Positions 21,833-33,944 of a stretch of DNA of 64,000 bases are shown here, one piece after another. Made by a program: the position numbers and the translations under genes. Each line of letters opens with the position of its first letter. Within the stretch, counting starts at the first letter, position 1. Under the pieces are notes generated by a model. The model did not search any database, was not told the origin of the DNA, and was given only the letters and a program-made list of their open reading frames with translations. The DNA is from Escherichia coli (lineage in GTDB: Bacteria > Pseudomonadota > Gammaproteobacteria > Enterobacterales > Enterobacteriaceae): NCBI RefSeq assembly GCF_003334305.1, contig NZ_QOWS01000004.1; one strand, written 5' to 3'.

Positions 21833-22618
21833 TTAGCGCACTAAATAACCACCATCGACCACTAATAAATGCCCATTGACATAATTTGAAGCCGGACTTG
21901 CGAGGAATACAGCTGCGCCCATTAAATCCTGAGTATCGCCCCAACGGTTTGCCGGAATATGATCAAGAACGCGCTGATTGGTTTCTGGATTACTGCGTGT
22001 CGCCAGCGTAATATCTGTTGCATAATAGCCAGGGGCGATACCATTTACCTGAATATTATATTGACCTAGCTCATCACAATAAGCTTTGGTGAACCCGGCA
22101 AGAGCATGTTTAGTGGCAGAATATGCAGGTGACCATTGTCCACCTAAGTAAGAGAACAATGAACAGATATTAATAATTTTGCCGCTTTTCTGCGGGATCA
22201 TAATTTTTGCAGCTTCATAGCTTAACTCGAATGCGGCGGTCAGGTTCACATCAATCATCGGATCCCAGTCGGCACGACCGAAGTCCAGCACCTTATTCAG
22301 CTTACAAATACCGGCATTGTTTACCAGAATATCAACTGTACCGAAACGCTCACAGCAAGCAGCGATAATCTTCTGCGGCGCGCCTTCTGCGGTGATATCC
22401 ACCTGCATGAAGTCCACCTCAACACCCTGTTTTTCAATCATTTCCTTTGTTTCGCCGTTATCTTTGACGAAACTAGGAATAAAGATATTTGCGCCAGCTT
22501 TGGCCAACGCCATGGCAAATGCCTGGCCTAAACCGCTATTCCCACCGGTAACAATTGCGGTTTTACCTTTCAGTGAGAAAAAATCCATTGAGAACGCATT
22601 GAGAGATTCGATTGACAT
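21833..22618 (-). CDS. ygcW: Short-chain dehydrogenase/reductase (KduD / gluconate-5-dehydrogenase-like)
   Basis: 261 aa from MSIESLNAFSMDFFSLKGKTAIVTGGNSGLGQAF (TGxxxGxG), later NNAG and YxxxK elements. Confidence 0.88.
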   Translation of the reverse strand: MSIESLNAFSMDFFSLKGKTAIVTGGNSGLGQAFAMALAKAGANIFIPSFVKDNGETKEMIEKQGVEVDFMQVDITAEGAPQKIIAACCERFGTVDILVNNAGICKLNKVLDFGRADWDPMIDVNLTAAFELSYEAAKIMIPQKSGKIINICSLFSYLGGQWSPAYSATKHALAGFTKAYCDELGQYNIQVNGIAPGYYATDITLATRSNPETNQRVLDHIPANRWGDTQDLMGAAVFLASPASNYVNGHLLVVDGGYLVR

Positions 22619-22642
22619 AGTTAGCTCCAATTTCCGTAAGGC

Positions 22643-22690
22643 AAAAAAAAAGAAAGGTAACTTCCCCCGCGAGAGGGAAGTTACCTTTCT
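22643..22690 (-). terminator. Intrinsic-terminator-type hairpin in the ygcW 5' leader (candidate attenuator)
   Basis: Minus-strand RNA: AGAAAGGUAACUUCCC-UCUCGCGG-GGGAAGUUACCUUUCU followed by U8; perfect 16-bp stem; U-tract ends 24 nt before the ygcW ATG. Confidence 0.65.
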
Positions 22691-22742
22691 CATTATCTCT
22701 GGTAACTGGAGATAATTTTTAGCATAACGGCATAACTGCTAA

Positions 22743-22758
22743 TGTGATCGTAATCACA
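22743..22758. promoter_or_regulatory. CRP-binding site (perfect TGTGA-N6-TCACA)
   Basis: TGTGATCGTAATCACA in the ygcW/yqcE divergent intergenic region; overlapping TGTGA repeats follow at 22760 and about 22792-22808. Confidence 0.65.
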
Positions 22759-22864
22759 GTGTGATATTCGTATTGTCAAATAGTTTTAAAAAGCAGAAGC
22801 GTGATTACTCTCACACAACACCTCTGCTTTCCATGTTATTTCTTATTGCAATTACTAGAGACCT

Positions 22865-22912
22865 GAGAAAAGTAATCCACCTGAAAGGGCGGCTTACTTT
22901 TCTCTTTTTTTT
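22865..22912 (+). terminator. Intrinsic-terminator-type hairpin in the yqcE 5' leader (candidate attenuator)
   Basis: GAGAAAAGTAA-18 nt loop-TTACTTTTCTC followed by T8; T-tract ends 24 nt before the yqcE ATG; 5' arm resembles that of the ygcW leader hairpin. Confidence 0.6.
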
Positions 22913-22936
22913 GTCTATTACAAATGGGAATACGAT

Positions 22937-24214
22937 ATGCAACACAACTCATATCGCCGTTGGATAACCCTCGCGATAATTAGTTTTAGCGGCGGCGTTA
23001 GTTTCGACCTGGCTTATTTACGTTATATTTATCAAATTCCCATGGCGAAATTTATGGGATTCAGCAATACCGAGATAGGTTTAATAATGAGTACCTTTGG
23101 TATTGCGGCTATTATTCTTTATGCCCCCAGCGGCGTTATTGCCGATAAATTTTCACACCGCAAAATGATTACTTCCGCGATGATCATTACCGGATTACTG
23201 GGTCTGTTAATGGCAACGTATCCACCGCTGTGGGTAATGCTCTGTATTCAGGTCGCCTTTGCGATAACGACGATTTTAATGCTGTGGTCGGTGTCGATTA
23301 AAGCCGCCTCGTTGCTGGGCGATCATAGTGAGCAAGGGAAAATTATGGGCTGGATGGAAGGGCTGCGCGGCGTCGGTGTAATGTCGCTGGCGGTGTTTAC
23401 CATGTGGGTCTTTTCTCGCTTTGCACCGGATGACAGCGCCAGCCTGAAAACAGTCATTATCATCTACAGTGTGGTTTACATCTTGTTGGGGATTCTGTGC
23501 TGGTTTTTTGTTAGCGATAACAACAACCTGCGCAGTGCCAATAACGAAGAAAAACAGTCATTCCAGCTTAGCGACATCCTTGCCGTTTTGCGTATCAGCA
23601 CCACCTGGTATTGCAGCATGGTGATTTTTGGTGTCTTCACAATCTACGCCATTCTGAGTTACTCCACCAACTATCTGACCGAAATGTACGGCATGTCGCT
23701 GGTGGCAGCGAGCTACATGGGGATTGTGATCAACAAAATCTTCCGCGCGCTGTGCGGCCCACTTGGCGGCATTATCACCACCTACAGTAAAGTGAAATCC
23801 CCTACCCGCGTGATCCAAATCCTTTCCGTACTCGGCCTGCTGGCGTTAACTGCCCTGCTCGTCACGAACTCTAACCCGCAATCGGTCGCGATGGGGATTG
23901 GCCTGATTTTACTGCTGGGATTCACCTGTTACGCCTCACGCGGGCTGTACTGGGCCTGCCCTGGCGAAGCGAGAACACCGTCTTACATTATGGGCACCAC
24001 GGTAGGTATTTGTTCGGTGATTGGATTCCTGCCGGATGTCTTCGTTTACCCGATTATCGGCCACTGGCAAGACACCCTGCCCGCAGCAGAAGCCTACCGC
24101 AATATGTGGCTGATGGGAATGGCGGCGCTTGCCATGGTGATTGTCTTTACCTTTTTGCTGTTCCAAAAAATTCGTACTGCTGATAGCGCCCCCGCAATGG
24201 CTAGCAGCAAGTAA
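22937..24214 (+). CDS. yqcE: MFS transporter
   Basis: 425-aa ORF, multi-pass hydrophobic. Confidence 0.88.
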   Translation: MQHNSYRRWITLAIISFSGGVSFDLAYLRYIYQIPMAKFMGFSNTEIGLIMSTFGIAAIILYAPSGVIADKFSHRKMITSAMIITGLLGLLMATYPPLWVMLCIQVAFAITTILMLWSVSIKAASLLGDHSEQGKIMGWMEGLRGVGVMSLAVFTMWVFSRFAPDDSASLKTVIIIYSVVYILLGILCWFFVSDNNNLRSANNEEKQSFQLSDILAVLRISTTWYCSMVIFGVFTIYAILSYSTNYLTEMYGMSLVAASYMGIVINKIFRALCGPLGGIITTYSKVKSPTRVIQILSVLGLLALTALLVTNSNPQSVAMGIGLILLLGFTCYASRGLYWACPGEARTPSYIMGTTVGICSVIGFLPDVFVYPIIGHWQDTLPAAEAYRNMWLMGMAALAMVIVFTFLLFQKIRTADSAPAMASSK

Positions 24215-24240
24215 GCCAGGAAAATTACAGGAGAAAAATC

Positions 24241-25719
24241 ATGTCGAAAAAATACATCATAGGGATTGATGGCGGAAGTCAGAGCACAAAAGTGGTGATG
24301 TACGATCTGGAAGGTAACGTGGTTTGCGAAGGCAAAGGCTTATTACAGCCGATGCACACGCCAGATGCCGATACTGCAGAACATCCTGACGACGATTTAT
24401 GGGCATCATTATGTTTTGCAGGTCACGATTTGATGAGCCAGTTTGCCGGGAATAAAGAAGATATTGTTGGCATCGGCCTGGGCTCCATCCGTTGCTGCCG
24501 TGCGTTATTGAAAGCCGACGGCACGCCAGCTGCGCCGTTGATTAGCTGGCAGGATGCACGCGTTACACGCCCTTACGAACATACGAATCCTGACGTGGCG
24601 TATGTCACCTCTTTTTCGGGTTATCTGACGCATCGCTTAACCGGCGAGTTTAAAGACAATATCGCCAACTATTTTGGTCAGTGGCCGGTGGATTATAAGA
24701 GCTGGGCATGGAGCGAAGATGCTGCGGTAATGGATAAGTTTAATATCCCCCGTCATATGCTGTTTGATGTGCAAATGCCTGGCACCGTCCTCGGACATAT
24801 CACACCACAAGCCGCACTGGCGACACATTTCCCGGCAGGACTGCCGGTTGTTTGTACCACCAGTGATAAACCGGTAGAAGCTCTGGGGGCCGGATTACTG
24901 GATGATGAAACTGCGGTAATTTCTCTTGGCACTTACATCGCATTGATGATGAACGGCAAAGCACTGCCGAAAGATCCGGTGGCGTACTGGCCGATTATGT
25001 CTTCTATTCCGCAAACATTGCTGTATGAAGGTTACGGTATTCGCAAAGGTATGTGGACGGTGAGCTGGCTGCGTGACATGTTAGGCGAGTCGTTAATTCA
25101 GGATGCCAGGGCGCAGGATCTTTCACCGGAAGATTTACTCAACAAGAAAGCCTCTAGTGTGCCACCTGGCTGTCATGGGCTGATGACGGTGCTGGACTGG
25201 CTGACCAATCCGTGGGAACCGTACAAACGCGGGATTATGATCGGCTTTGATTCCAGCATGGATTACGCATGGATATATCGTTCGATATTGGAAAGTGTGG
25301 CGCTAACGCTGAAGAACAATTACGACAATATGTGTAATGAAATGAATCACTTTGCGAAGCATGTGATCATTACTGGCGGCGGTTCGAACAGCGATCTGTT
25401 TATGCAAATTTTTGCCGACGTGTTCAACCTTCCGGCACGCCGTAACGCCATTAACGGTTGTGCAAGTCTGGGAGCAGCGATTAATACAGCGGTAGGTCTG
25501 GGGCTATACCCGGATTACGCAACGGCTGTTGATAAGATGGTTCGCGTGAAAGATATCTTTATACCGATTGAGAGCAATGCCAAACGCTACGACGCGATGA
25601 ATAAAGGCATTTTCAAAGACCTAACCAAACATACTGATGTGATCCTGAAAAAATCGTATGAAGTGATGCATGGGGAATTGGGGAATGTGGATTCGATCCA
25701 GAGCTGGTCGAATGCGTAA
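24241..25719 (+). CDS. ygcE: FGGY-family carbohydrate kinase
   Basis: 492-aa ORF MSKKYIIGIDGGSQSTKVVMYDLEGN... (sugar-kinase N-terminal motif), ...ITGGGSNSDLFMQIFADV. Confidence 0.88.
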   Translation: MSKKYIIGIDGGSQSTKVVMYDLEGNVVCEGKGLLQPMHTPDADTAEHPDDDLWASLCFAGHDLMSQFAGNKEDIVGIGLGSIRCCRALLKADGTPAAPLISWQDARVTRPYEHTNPDVAYVTSFSGYLTHRLTGEFKDNIANYFGQWPVDYKSWAWSEDAAVMDKFNIPRHMLFDVQMPGTVLGHITPQAALATHFPAGLPVVCTTSDKPVEALGAGLLDDETAVISLGTYIALMMNGKALPKDPVAYWPIMSSIPQTLLYEGYGIRKGMWTVSWLRDMLGESLIQDARAQDLSPEDLLNKKASSVPPGCHGLMTVLDWLTNPWEPYKRGIMIGFDSSMDYAWIYRSILESVALTLKNNYDNMCNEMNHFAKHVIITGGGSNSDLFMQIFADVFNLPARRNAINGCASLGAAINTAVGLGLYPDYATAVDKMVRVKDIFIPIESNAKRYDAMNKGIFKDLTKHTDVILKKSYEVMHGELGNVDSIQSWSNA

Positions 25720-25727
25720 GTGAGGAA

Positions 25728-25751
25728 GGCCGGGCGGGAAACTGCCCGGCC
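25728..25751 (+). terminator. GC-rich hairpin directly after the ygcE stop (possible terminator, no T-tract)
   Basis: GGCCGGGC-GGGAAACT-GCCCGGCC. Confidence 0.35.
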
Positions 25752-25765
25752 TGAACATACCTGAA

Positions 25766-25903
25766 TGGTTATCCCCGCTGACGCGGGGAACATAAGTTCG
25801 ACAACTTAAAAAATGATAACAAGTCCGGTTTATCCCCGCTGATGCAGGGAACATAATAAAAACTTTAACTAGTTCGGTTTATCCCTGTTTTTACAAGGAA
25901 TAT
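25766..25903 (-). CRISPR. Degenerate CRISPR remnant (three decayed I-E repeats)
   Basis: TGGTTATCCCCGCTGACGCGGGGAACAT, CGGTTTATCCCCGCTGATGCAGGGAACAT, CGGTTTATCCCTGTTTTTACAAGGAATAT; first interval 32 nt, second 20 nt. Confidence 0.8.
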
Positions 25904-26357
25904 TAACTACACTCGATGTCTTTAGAATAAAAGACAATACGAATCGCACTTTATCAATTTTCACTTAAAGTATGAACTGGATATCTTTATTCATAAGAAC
26001 TATTCATCAACAGCGTATAGAGGCGGTTATGTAAAACCACTCATTAGCCTCAAAACAAAGACAAACTTCCAGATTTATTACTTAACCAATGAATAACAAG
26101 CTTAAAAAATATACTGTTATTCTAAAGAAAAAATTAACAGGCATTAATTCAATATTAAAAAAATAATAGATTAAAATTTCTTAACGATTTAAGAATCATA
26201 CAAATAACACTTTGATTAAATTTAATTTTTTGTATCGATAATTGTGAACCTCTCTGGCATGGAGAACTATTTTGAACATGAGGTGTTACGTGGATATGTT
26301 GCTTATTACAAGTACTGCTAATATAAAAACTTGAGAAAGAGATAACGGGTTATATGG

Positions 26358-26935
26358 TGGTTTATCCCCGCTGGCGCGGGGAGCTCAACATCGGAAACGG
26401 CTTCGCGGCGGCGGCGTCCGGTTTATCCCCGCTGGCGCGGGGAGCTCTACGTGAAGAATATTTGCAACACCCGCAAGAACGGTTTATCCCCGCTGGCGCG
26501 GGGAGCTCGGCATAGCCAGGCTGATCCGGCGACGGCCTTACGGTTTATCCCCGCTGGCGCGGGGAACACTGTTCGGCGGGGCGGTAGTACCACTGTTTTT
26601 TCGGTTTATCCCCGCTGGCGCGGGGAACACATCAACATGCAGCGCGAACGGCTGCCCCTCGCCGGTTTATCCCCGCTGGCGCGGGGAACACTCTTATTCA
26701 GTCCCCTTTTCCATCTGCTGTGGCGGTTTATCCCCGCTGGCGCGGGGAACACGTAAATTGCGACGTCCTGCGCCAGTAATTCAACGGTTTATCCCCGCTG
26801 GCGCGGGGAACACGATGCGGCAGCGGCGGCGGGAAGTTATCGCGGCGGTTTATCCCCGCTGGCGCGGGGAACACCTTTCAATATAGTCAGAAAAGTCTTT
26901 TGGCAACGGTTTATCCCCGCTGGCGCGGGGAACAC
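26358..26935 (-). CRISPR. Type I-E CRISPR array 2: 10 repeats, 9 spacers of 32 nt
   Basis: Repeats at 26358,26419,26480,26541,26602,26663,26724,26785,26846,26907; the three leader-distal repeats end GAGCTC rather than GAACAC; leader at the 3' side on plus, so minus-strand transcription. Confidence 0.97.
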
Positions 26936-27130
26936 TCTAAACATAACCTATTATTAATTAATGATTTTTTAAGCCAGTCACAATCTACCAACTTTATAGT
27001 ATCACACAAACAACACATCCATTATGTTAAAGAGCACTTAATCCATTGATTAAAAAGGTAAATATTTAAAATAACTCTATACAAACTAAAATCTACCAAA
27101 CTTTACCGCAATAATTTTCACTCCAGCGAA
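26936..27130 (-). promoter_or_regulatory. Leader of CRISPR array 2
   Basis: AT-rich; shares CTAA-CATA and ACAATCTACCAACT motifs with the array-1 leader; a second AAATCTACCAAACT copy near 27090. Confidence 0.75.
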
Positions 27131-27274
27131 AAATTAATGCCACAGAATTTGTAGAGAATGCTAATGATTAGCCCTGGATGGGTAAAATGGAGGAGTTTTC
27201 AGAGGCGACAAACAATATAAATGAGTAGAAGTCTTTACAGGTTCCACCCATTTATAACGCTTATAAATGTTTAA

Positions 27275-27946
27275 TCAGGCAATATTTAGATATTTATGTG
27301 TTTGCATCGACAAACGCCAATTACGCGCAATGCAGGTTTCAATGCACAAACGTGTGGCATCATCCTTTTGGCTAATCGGCTGCAGTGCAATGACTCGCGG
27401 TTTATCATCGGTCAGCGTTGCCAGTAGTTCATCCAGTGCTTCAATATCACGTACGCGCCCCACTGGATGCTTGATTTCGTTGGCTCGCTCCAGTGCCTGT
27501 GACAACACGTCATAGCCGCCGCGCATGTTCAGCTTTGGCGATACGGTAACCCAGGTATTCGGTGTGCAGCGTACTTCATGAGTTCCACTGGTTTCGATCT
27601 GGCAGCTAAAACCGTTCTTTTCGAGCAGGTCAGTCAGTGGCAGCAAATCATGAATGCAAGGCTCACCACCCGTAATCACCACATGCCGCGCGGTATATCC
27701 CTGCCGACCAATGACAGCCAGCAAATCTTCACTGCTCGCCGCCCCCCACTTATCACTCTCTTTGGTCTTCGCCAGAATGCTGAAAAGGGAGACTTCCCGA
27801 TCCTCAAGCTTTTCCCAGGTGTGTTTGGTGTCGCACCAGGCACAGCCAACCGGGCATCCCTGTAAACGAATAAAAATGGCGGGGACGCCGGTAAAGTAAC
27901 CCTCACCTTGCAGGGTCTGGAACATCTCGTTAATCGGGTACTGCAT
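27275..27946 (-). CDS. queE: 7-carboxy-7-deazaguanine synthase (radical SAM)
   Basis: 223-aa ORF MQYPINEMFQTLQGEGYFTGVPAIFIRLQGCPVGCAWCDTKHTW (CxxxCxxC radical SAM motif). Confidence 0.95.
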   Translation of the reverse strand: MQYPINEMFQTLQGEGYFTGVPAIFIRLQGCPVGCAWCDTKHTWEKLEDREVSLFSILAKTKESDKWGAASSEDLLAVIGRQGYTARHVVITGGEPCIHDLLPLTDLLEKNGFSCQIETSGTHEVRCTPNTWVTVSPKLNMRGGYDVLSQALERANEIKHPVGRVRDIEALDELLATLTDDKPRVIALQPISQKDDATRLCIETCIARNWRLSMQTHKYLNIA

Positions 27947-28238
27947 AGCATTCTCTGTGAAGTGGATAATTGTTAATTATTGCAGATCCTGCCACAACAA
28001 TCATGTCTTATTAACATTCTGTTACAGGCAGATTTAAAGAAAAATGCGAAACATATCGTTAATAATTAAAGGGAGTAACGTATTATGTCAGAAGAAAATA
28101 AAGAAAATGGATTTAATCATGTCAAAACATTCACCAAAATTATATTTATTTTTTCTGTGTTAGTTTTTAATGATAACGAATCTAAAATTACCGATGCCGC
28201 CGTCAATTTATTTATCCAGATTTAATGAGAAATTTATA

Positions 28239-29111
28239 ATGCGCTATTTCATACTAATGTTCACTTTCGTGTGTTCCTTTGTTGCAGCCCAACCAACTAT
28301 TGTCCCACAATTACAGCAACAAGTTACGGATCTTACGAGTAGCTTAAACTCACAAGAAAAGAAAGAACTGACGCACAAGTTAGAATCTATTTTCAATAAT
28401 ACCCAAGTGCAAATTGCTGTATTAATTGTTCCCACAACCAAAGACGAGACAATTGAACAATATGCTACAAGAGTTTTTGACAATTGGCGTTTAGGAGATG
28501 CCAAACGTAATGATGGGATACTGATCATTGTTGCCTGGTCAGATCGTACTGTCCGCATCCAGGTAGGTTATGGGCTGGAAGAAAAGGTAACCGATGCTCT
28601 GGCTGGAGATATCATCCGTAGCAACATGATACCCGCATTTAAACAACAAAAATTTGCTCAGGGATTAGAGCTAGCTATAAACGCTTTGAATAACCAACTC
28701 ACTTCACAACACCAATATCCGACTAATCCTTCAGAAAGTGAATCAGCGTCTTCCAGTGATCATTATTACTTTGCTATTTTTTGGGTATTTGCAGTGATGT
28801 TCTTCCCTTTCTGGTTTTTTCATCAAGGCAGTAATTTTTGTCGCGCATGTAAAAGTGGAGTCTATATTTCAGCAATCTATCTTTTAGATTTATTCCTGTT
28901 CTCCGATAAAATTTTTTCCATTGCTGTATTTTCCTTCTTTTTTACTTTCACCATATTTATGGTCTTTACCTGTTTATGTGTACTTCAGAAAAGAGCATCA
29001 GGTAAAAGTTATCATTCAGACAACAGCGGTTCCGGTGGAGGCTCAAGTGGCGGCGGATTTAGCGGCGGTGGCGGTTCTTCTGGAGGTGGCGGCGCATCCG
29101 GCCGCTGGTAA
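28239..29111 (+). CDS. ygcG: TPM-domain membrane protein with Gly/Ser-rich C-terminal tail
   Basis: 290 aa from [17 protein letters not shown] (signal-like); C-terminus [28 protein letters not shown]. Confidence 0.8.
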   Translation: MRYFILMFTFVCSFVAAQPTIVPQLQQQVTDLTSSLNSQEKKELTHKLESIFNNTQVQIAVLIVPTTKDETIEQYATRVFDNWRLGDAKRNDGILIIVAWSDRTVRIQVGYGLEEKVTDALAGDIIRSNMIPAFKQQKFAQGLELAINALNNQLTSQHQYPTNPSESESASSSDHYYFAIFWVFAVMFFPFWFFHQGSNFCRACKSGVYISAIYLLDLFLFSDKIFSIAVFSFFFTFTIFMVFTCLCVLQKRASGKSYHSDNSGSGGGSSGGGFSGGGGSSGGGGASGRW

Positions 29112-29120
29112 CTCAACCAT

Positions 29121-29152
29121 AAAAAATGCCAGCCCGGAGGCTGGCATTTTTA
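29121..29152. terminator. Bidirectional intrinsic terminator between convergent ygcG and eno
   Basis: AAAAAATGCCAGCC-CGGA-GGCTGGCATTTTTAAA: stem flanked by an A-run and a T-run. Confidence 0.8.
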
Positions 29153-29170
29153 AATCAGATAAAGTCAGTC

Positions 29171-30484
<1,314 letters not shown>

Positions 30485-30556
30485 TCACTAGTTAAACTGA
30501 AACTCCAGACAAACAACGCGTACCCAGGGTACGCGTTGCCGTTCTAACTTTTTTAC

Positions 30557-32209
<1,653 letters not shown>

Positions 32210-32421
32210 TTAGGTTGAAAAGACGATGGAATAACCAGGACGGGAAAGCAGTATACCCGAACATGACCTGTGCCACAAACTTTCATTATCCCTCCTCTTC
32301 GCCAGCGCACTATTGAAATCAGGAGTGAGAAAATAGCCCCTTTGGGGTAAATGTTTTTGACGCAAATCAAGCGCTTGTCATTTAAAAAATGACACAAATG
32401 GCGCTTGACCGCGTAATTCCC

Positions 32422-33213
32422 TTAGAGATCAATTTCCTGCCGTTTTACCTGTTGCCAGACTTCTTCCATTGTTTCGAGGTCAACACCTGTCATTTCCAGT
32501 CCACGCGCGGCAACAATACGCTCCACTTCGCGAAAACGACGCTCAAATTTTTCGTTCGCTTTTTGCAATGCGATTTCCGCTTTTGTCCCTAAATGACGAG
32601 CCAGATTGACCGTGGCAAACAGCAGGTCCCCCATTTCCTCCTCCAGTTTAGCCTGGTCGACAACAGCCTGCCGCGCTTCGTACATCACCTCGTCGATCTC
32701 TTCGTAGACTTTATCGACTACCGGACCAAGCGTCGTCCAATCGAAGCCAACGTTGGCGCAACGTTTCTGGATTTTTTGCGCACGCATTAAAGCCGGTAAA
32801 CTACGAGGAATATCGTCCAGCGCCGAATGCTGCGCTTTCTGCGCGCGCTCTTCGGTTTTGATTTGCTCCCAACGGGCAAGCACTTCACTACTGTTTTCGG
32901 CAGAACTGTCAGCAAAAACATGCGGATGGCGACGCTCTAATTTATCGCTAATCGCAGCGCAAATATCATTAAAGTCAAAGCGCCCTTCTTCCTGAGCCAT
33001 TTGCGCGTAAAACACCACCTGGAACAGCAGATCGCCGAGTTCACCGCGCAGATCGTCAAAATCTTCACGGGCGATGGCGTCCAGCACTTCGTAGGTTTCT
33101 TCAAGGGTGTAAGGCGCAATGGTGGCAAATGTCTGCTCTTTATCCCACGGGCAGCCGTTTTCCGGATCGCGCAGGCGCTGCATAATAGTGAGCAAACGGT
33201 CGATTTGATTCAT
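32422..33213 (-). CDS. mazG: Nucleoside triphosphate pyrophosphohydrolase MazG
   Basis: 263-aa ORF MNQIDRLLTIMQRLRDPENGCPWDKEQTF... Confidence 0.95.
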   Translation of the reverse strand: MNQIDRLLTIMQRLRDPENGCPWDKEQTFATIAPYTLEETYEVLDAIAREDFDDLRGELGDLLFQVVFYAQMAQEEGRFDFNDICAAISDKLERRHPHVFADSSAENSSEVLARWEQIKTEERAQKAQHSALDDIPRSLPALMRAQKIQKRCANVGFDWTTLGPVVDKVYEEIDEVMYEARQAVVDQAKLEEEMGDLLFATVNLARHLGTKAEIALQKANEKFERRFREVERIVAARGLEMTGVDLETMEEVWQQVKRQEIDL

Positions 33214-33283
33214 TAGAATGTCCTGAAAATTGCGGGTCTGTCAGGTGGAAACCTGTGACCAGAATAGAAGTGAGTTAGTAACA

Positions 33284-33619
33284 CTACCCAATCAGTACGT
33301 TAATTTTGGCTTTAATGAGTTGTAATTCCTCTGGGACAACCGTTCCTTTCTTCGTTGCTCCTCTTGCCCGCCAGGCGATACTTTTTACCTGATCAGCTAA
33401 CGCTACGCCATCACGTTCCTGACCGGATAAAACAACTTCGAACGGATATCCTTTTGATTGCGTTGTACAAGGAACACACAGACACATACCTGTTTTGTTG
33501 TTGTACATGAAAGGACTCAGGACAACAGCTGGACGATGTCCAGCTTGCTCGCTACCTTTTGTCGGGTCAAAATCAACACAAATCAGATCGCCCATATCGG
33601 GTACGTATCGGCTTACCAT
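33284..33619 (-). CDS. mazF: MazF mRNA interferase toxin
   Basis: 111-aa [56 protein letters not shown]... Confidence 0.97.
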   Translation of the reverse strand: MVSRYVPDMGDLICVDFDPTKGSEQAGHRPAVVLSPFMYNNKTGMCLCVPCTTQSKGYPFEVVLSGQERDGVALADQVKSIAWRARGATKKGTVVPEELQLIKAKINVLIG

Positions 33620-33867
33620 TACCAGACTTCCTTATCTTTCGGCTCTCCCCAGTCGATATTCTCGTGGAGGTTTTCCGGCGTGATGTCGTTGACCAGTTCA
33701 GCAAGCGTAAATACGGGCTCTTTACGCACTGGCTCAATAATTAATTTGCCATCCACCAGGTCAATCTTCACTTCATCATCAATATTCAGATTGAGCGCCT
33801 GCATTAACGTAGCCGGGATCCGCACCGCCGGTGAATTTCCCCAACGCTTTACGCTACTGTGGATCAT
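33619..33867 (-). CDS. mazE: MazE antitoxin
   Basis: 82-aa [40 protein letters not shown]...; stop overlaps mazF start. Confidence 0.97.
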
Positions 33868-33944
33868 AACCCTTTCCTCAAACCGCTATCATATGTAGAT
33901 ACAGTATATATCAATCTACATTGTAGATACGAGCAAATTTCTGC
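33868..33944 (-). promoter_or_regulatory. mazEF promoter/operator region with repeated palindromic GTAGATAC / ATCTACAT elements
   Basis: atatgtagatacagtatatatcaatctacattgtagatac between the relA stop and the mazE start. Confidence 0.6.

Noticed and set aside
26451-26756. 101-aa ORF across CRISPR array 2
   Set aside because: Same repeat-translation artefact (LSPLARG / IPAGAGNT recurring).
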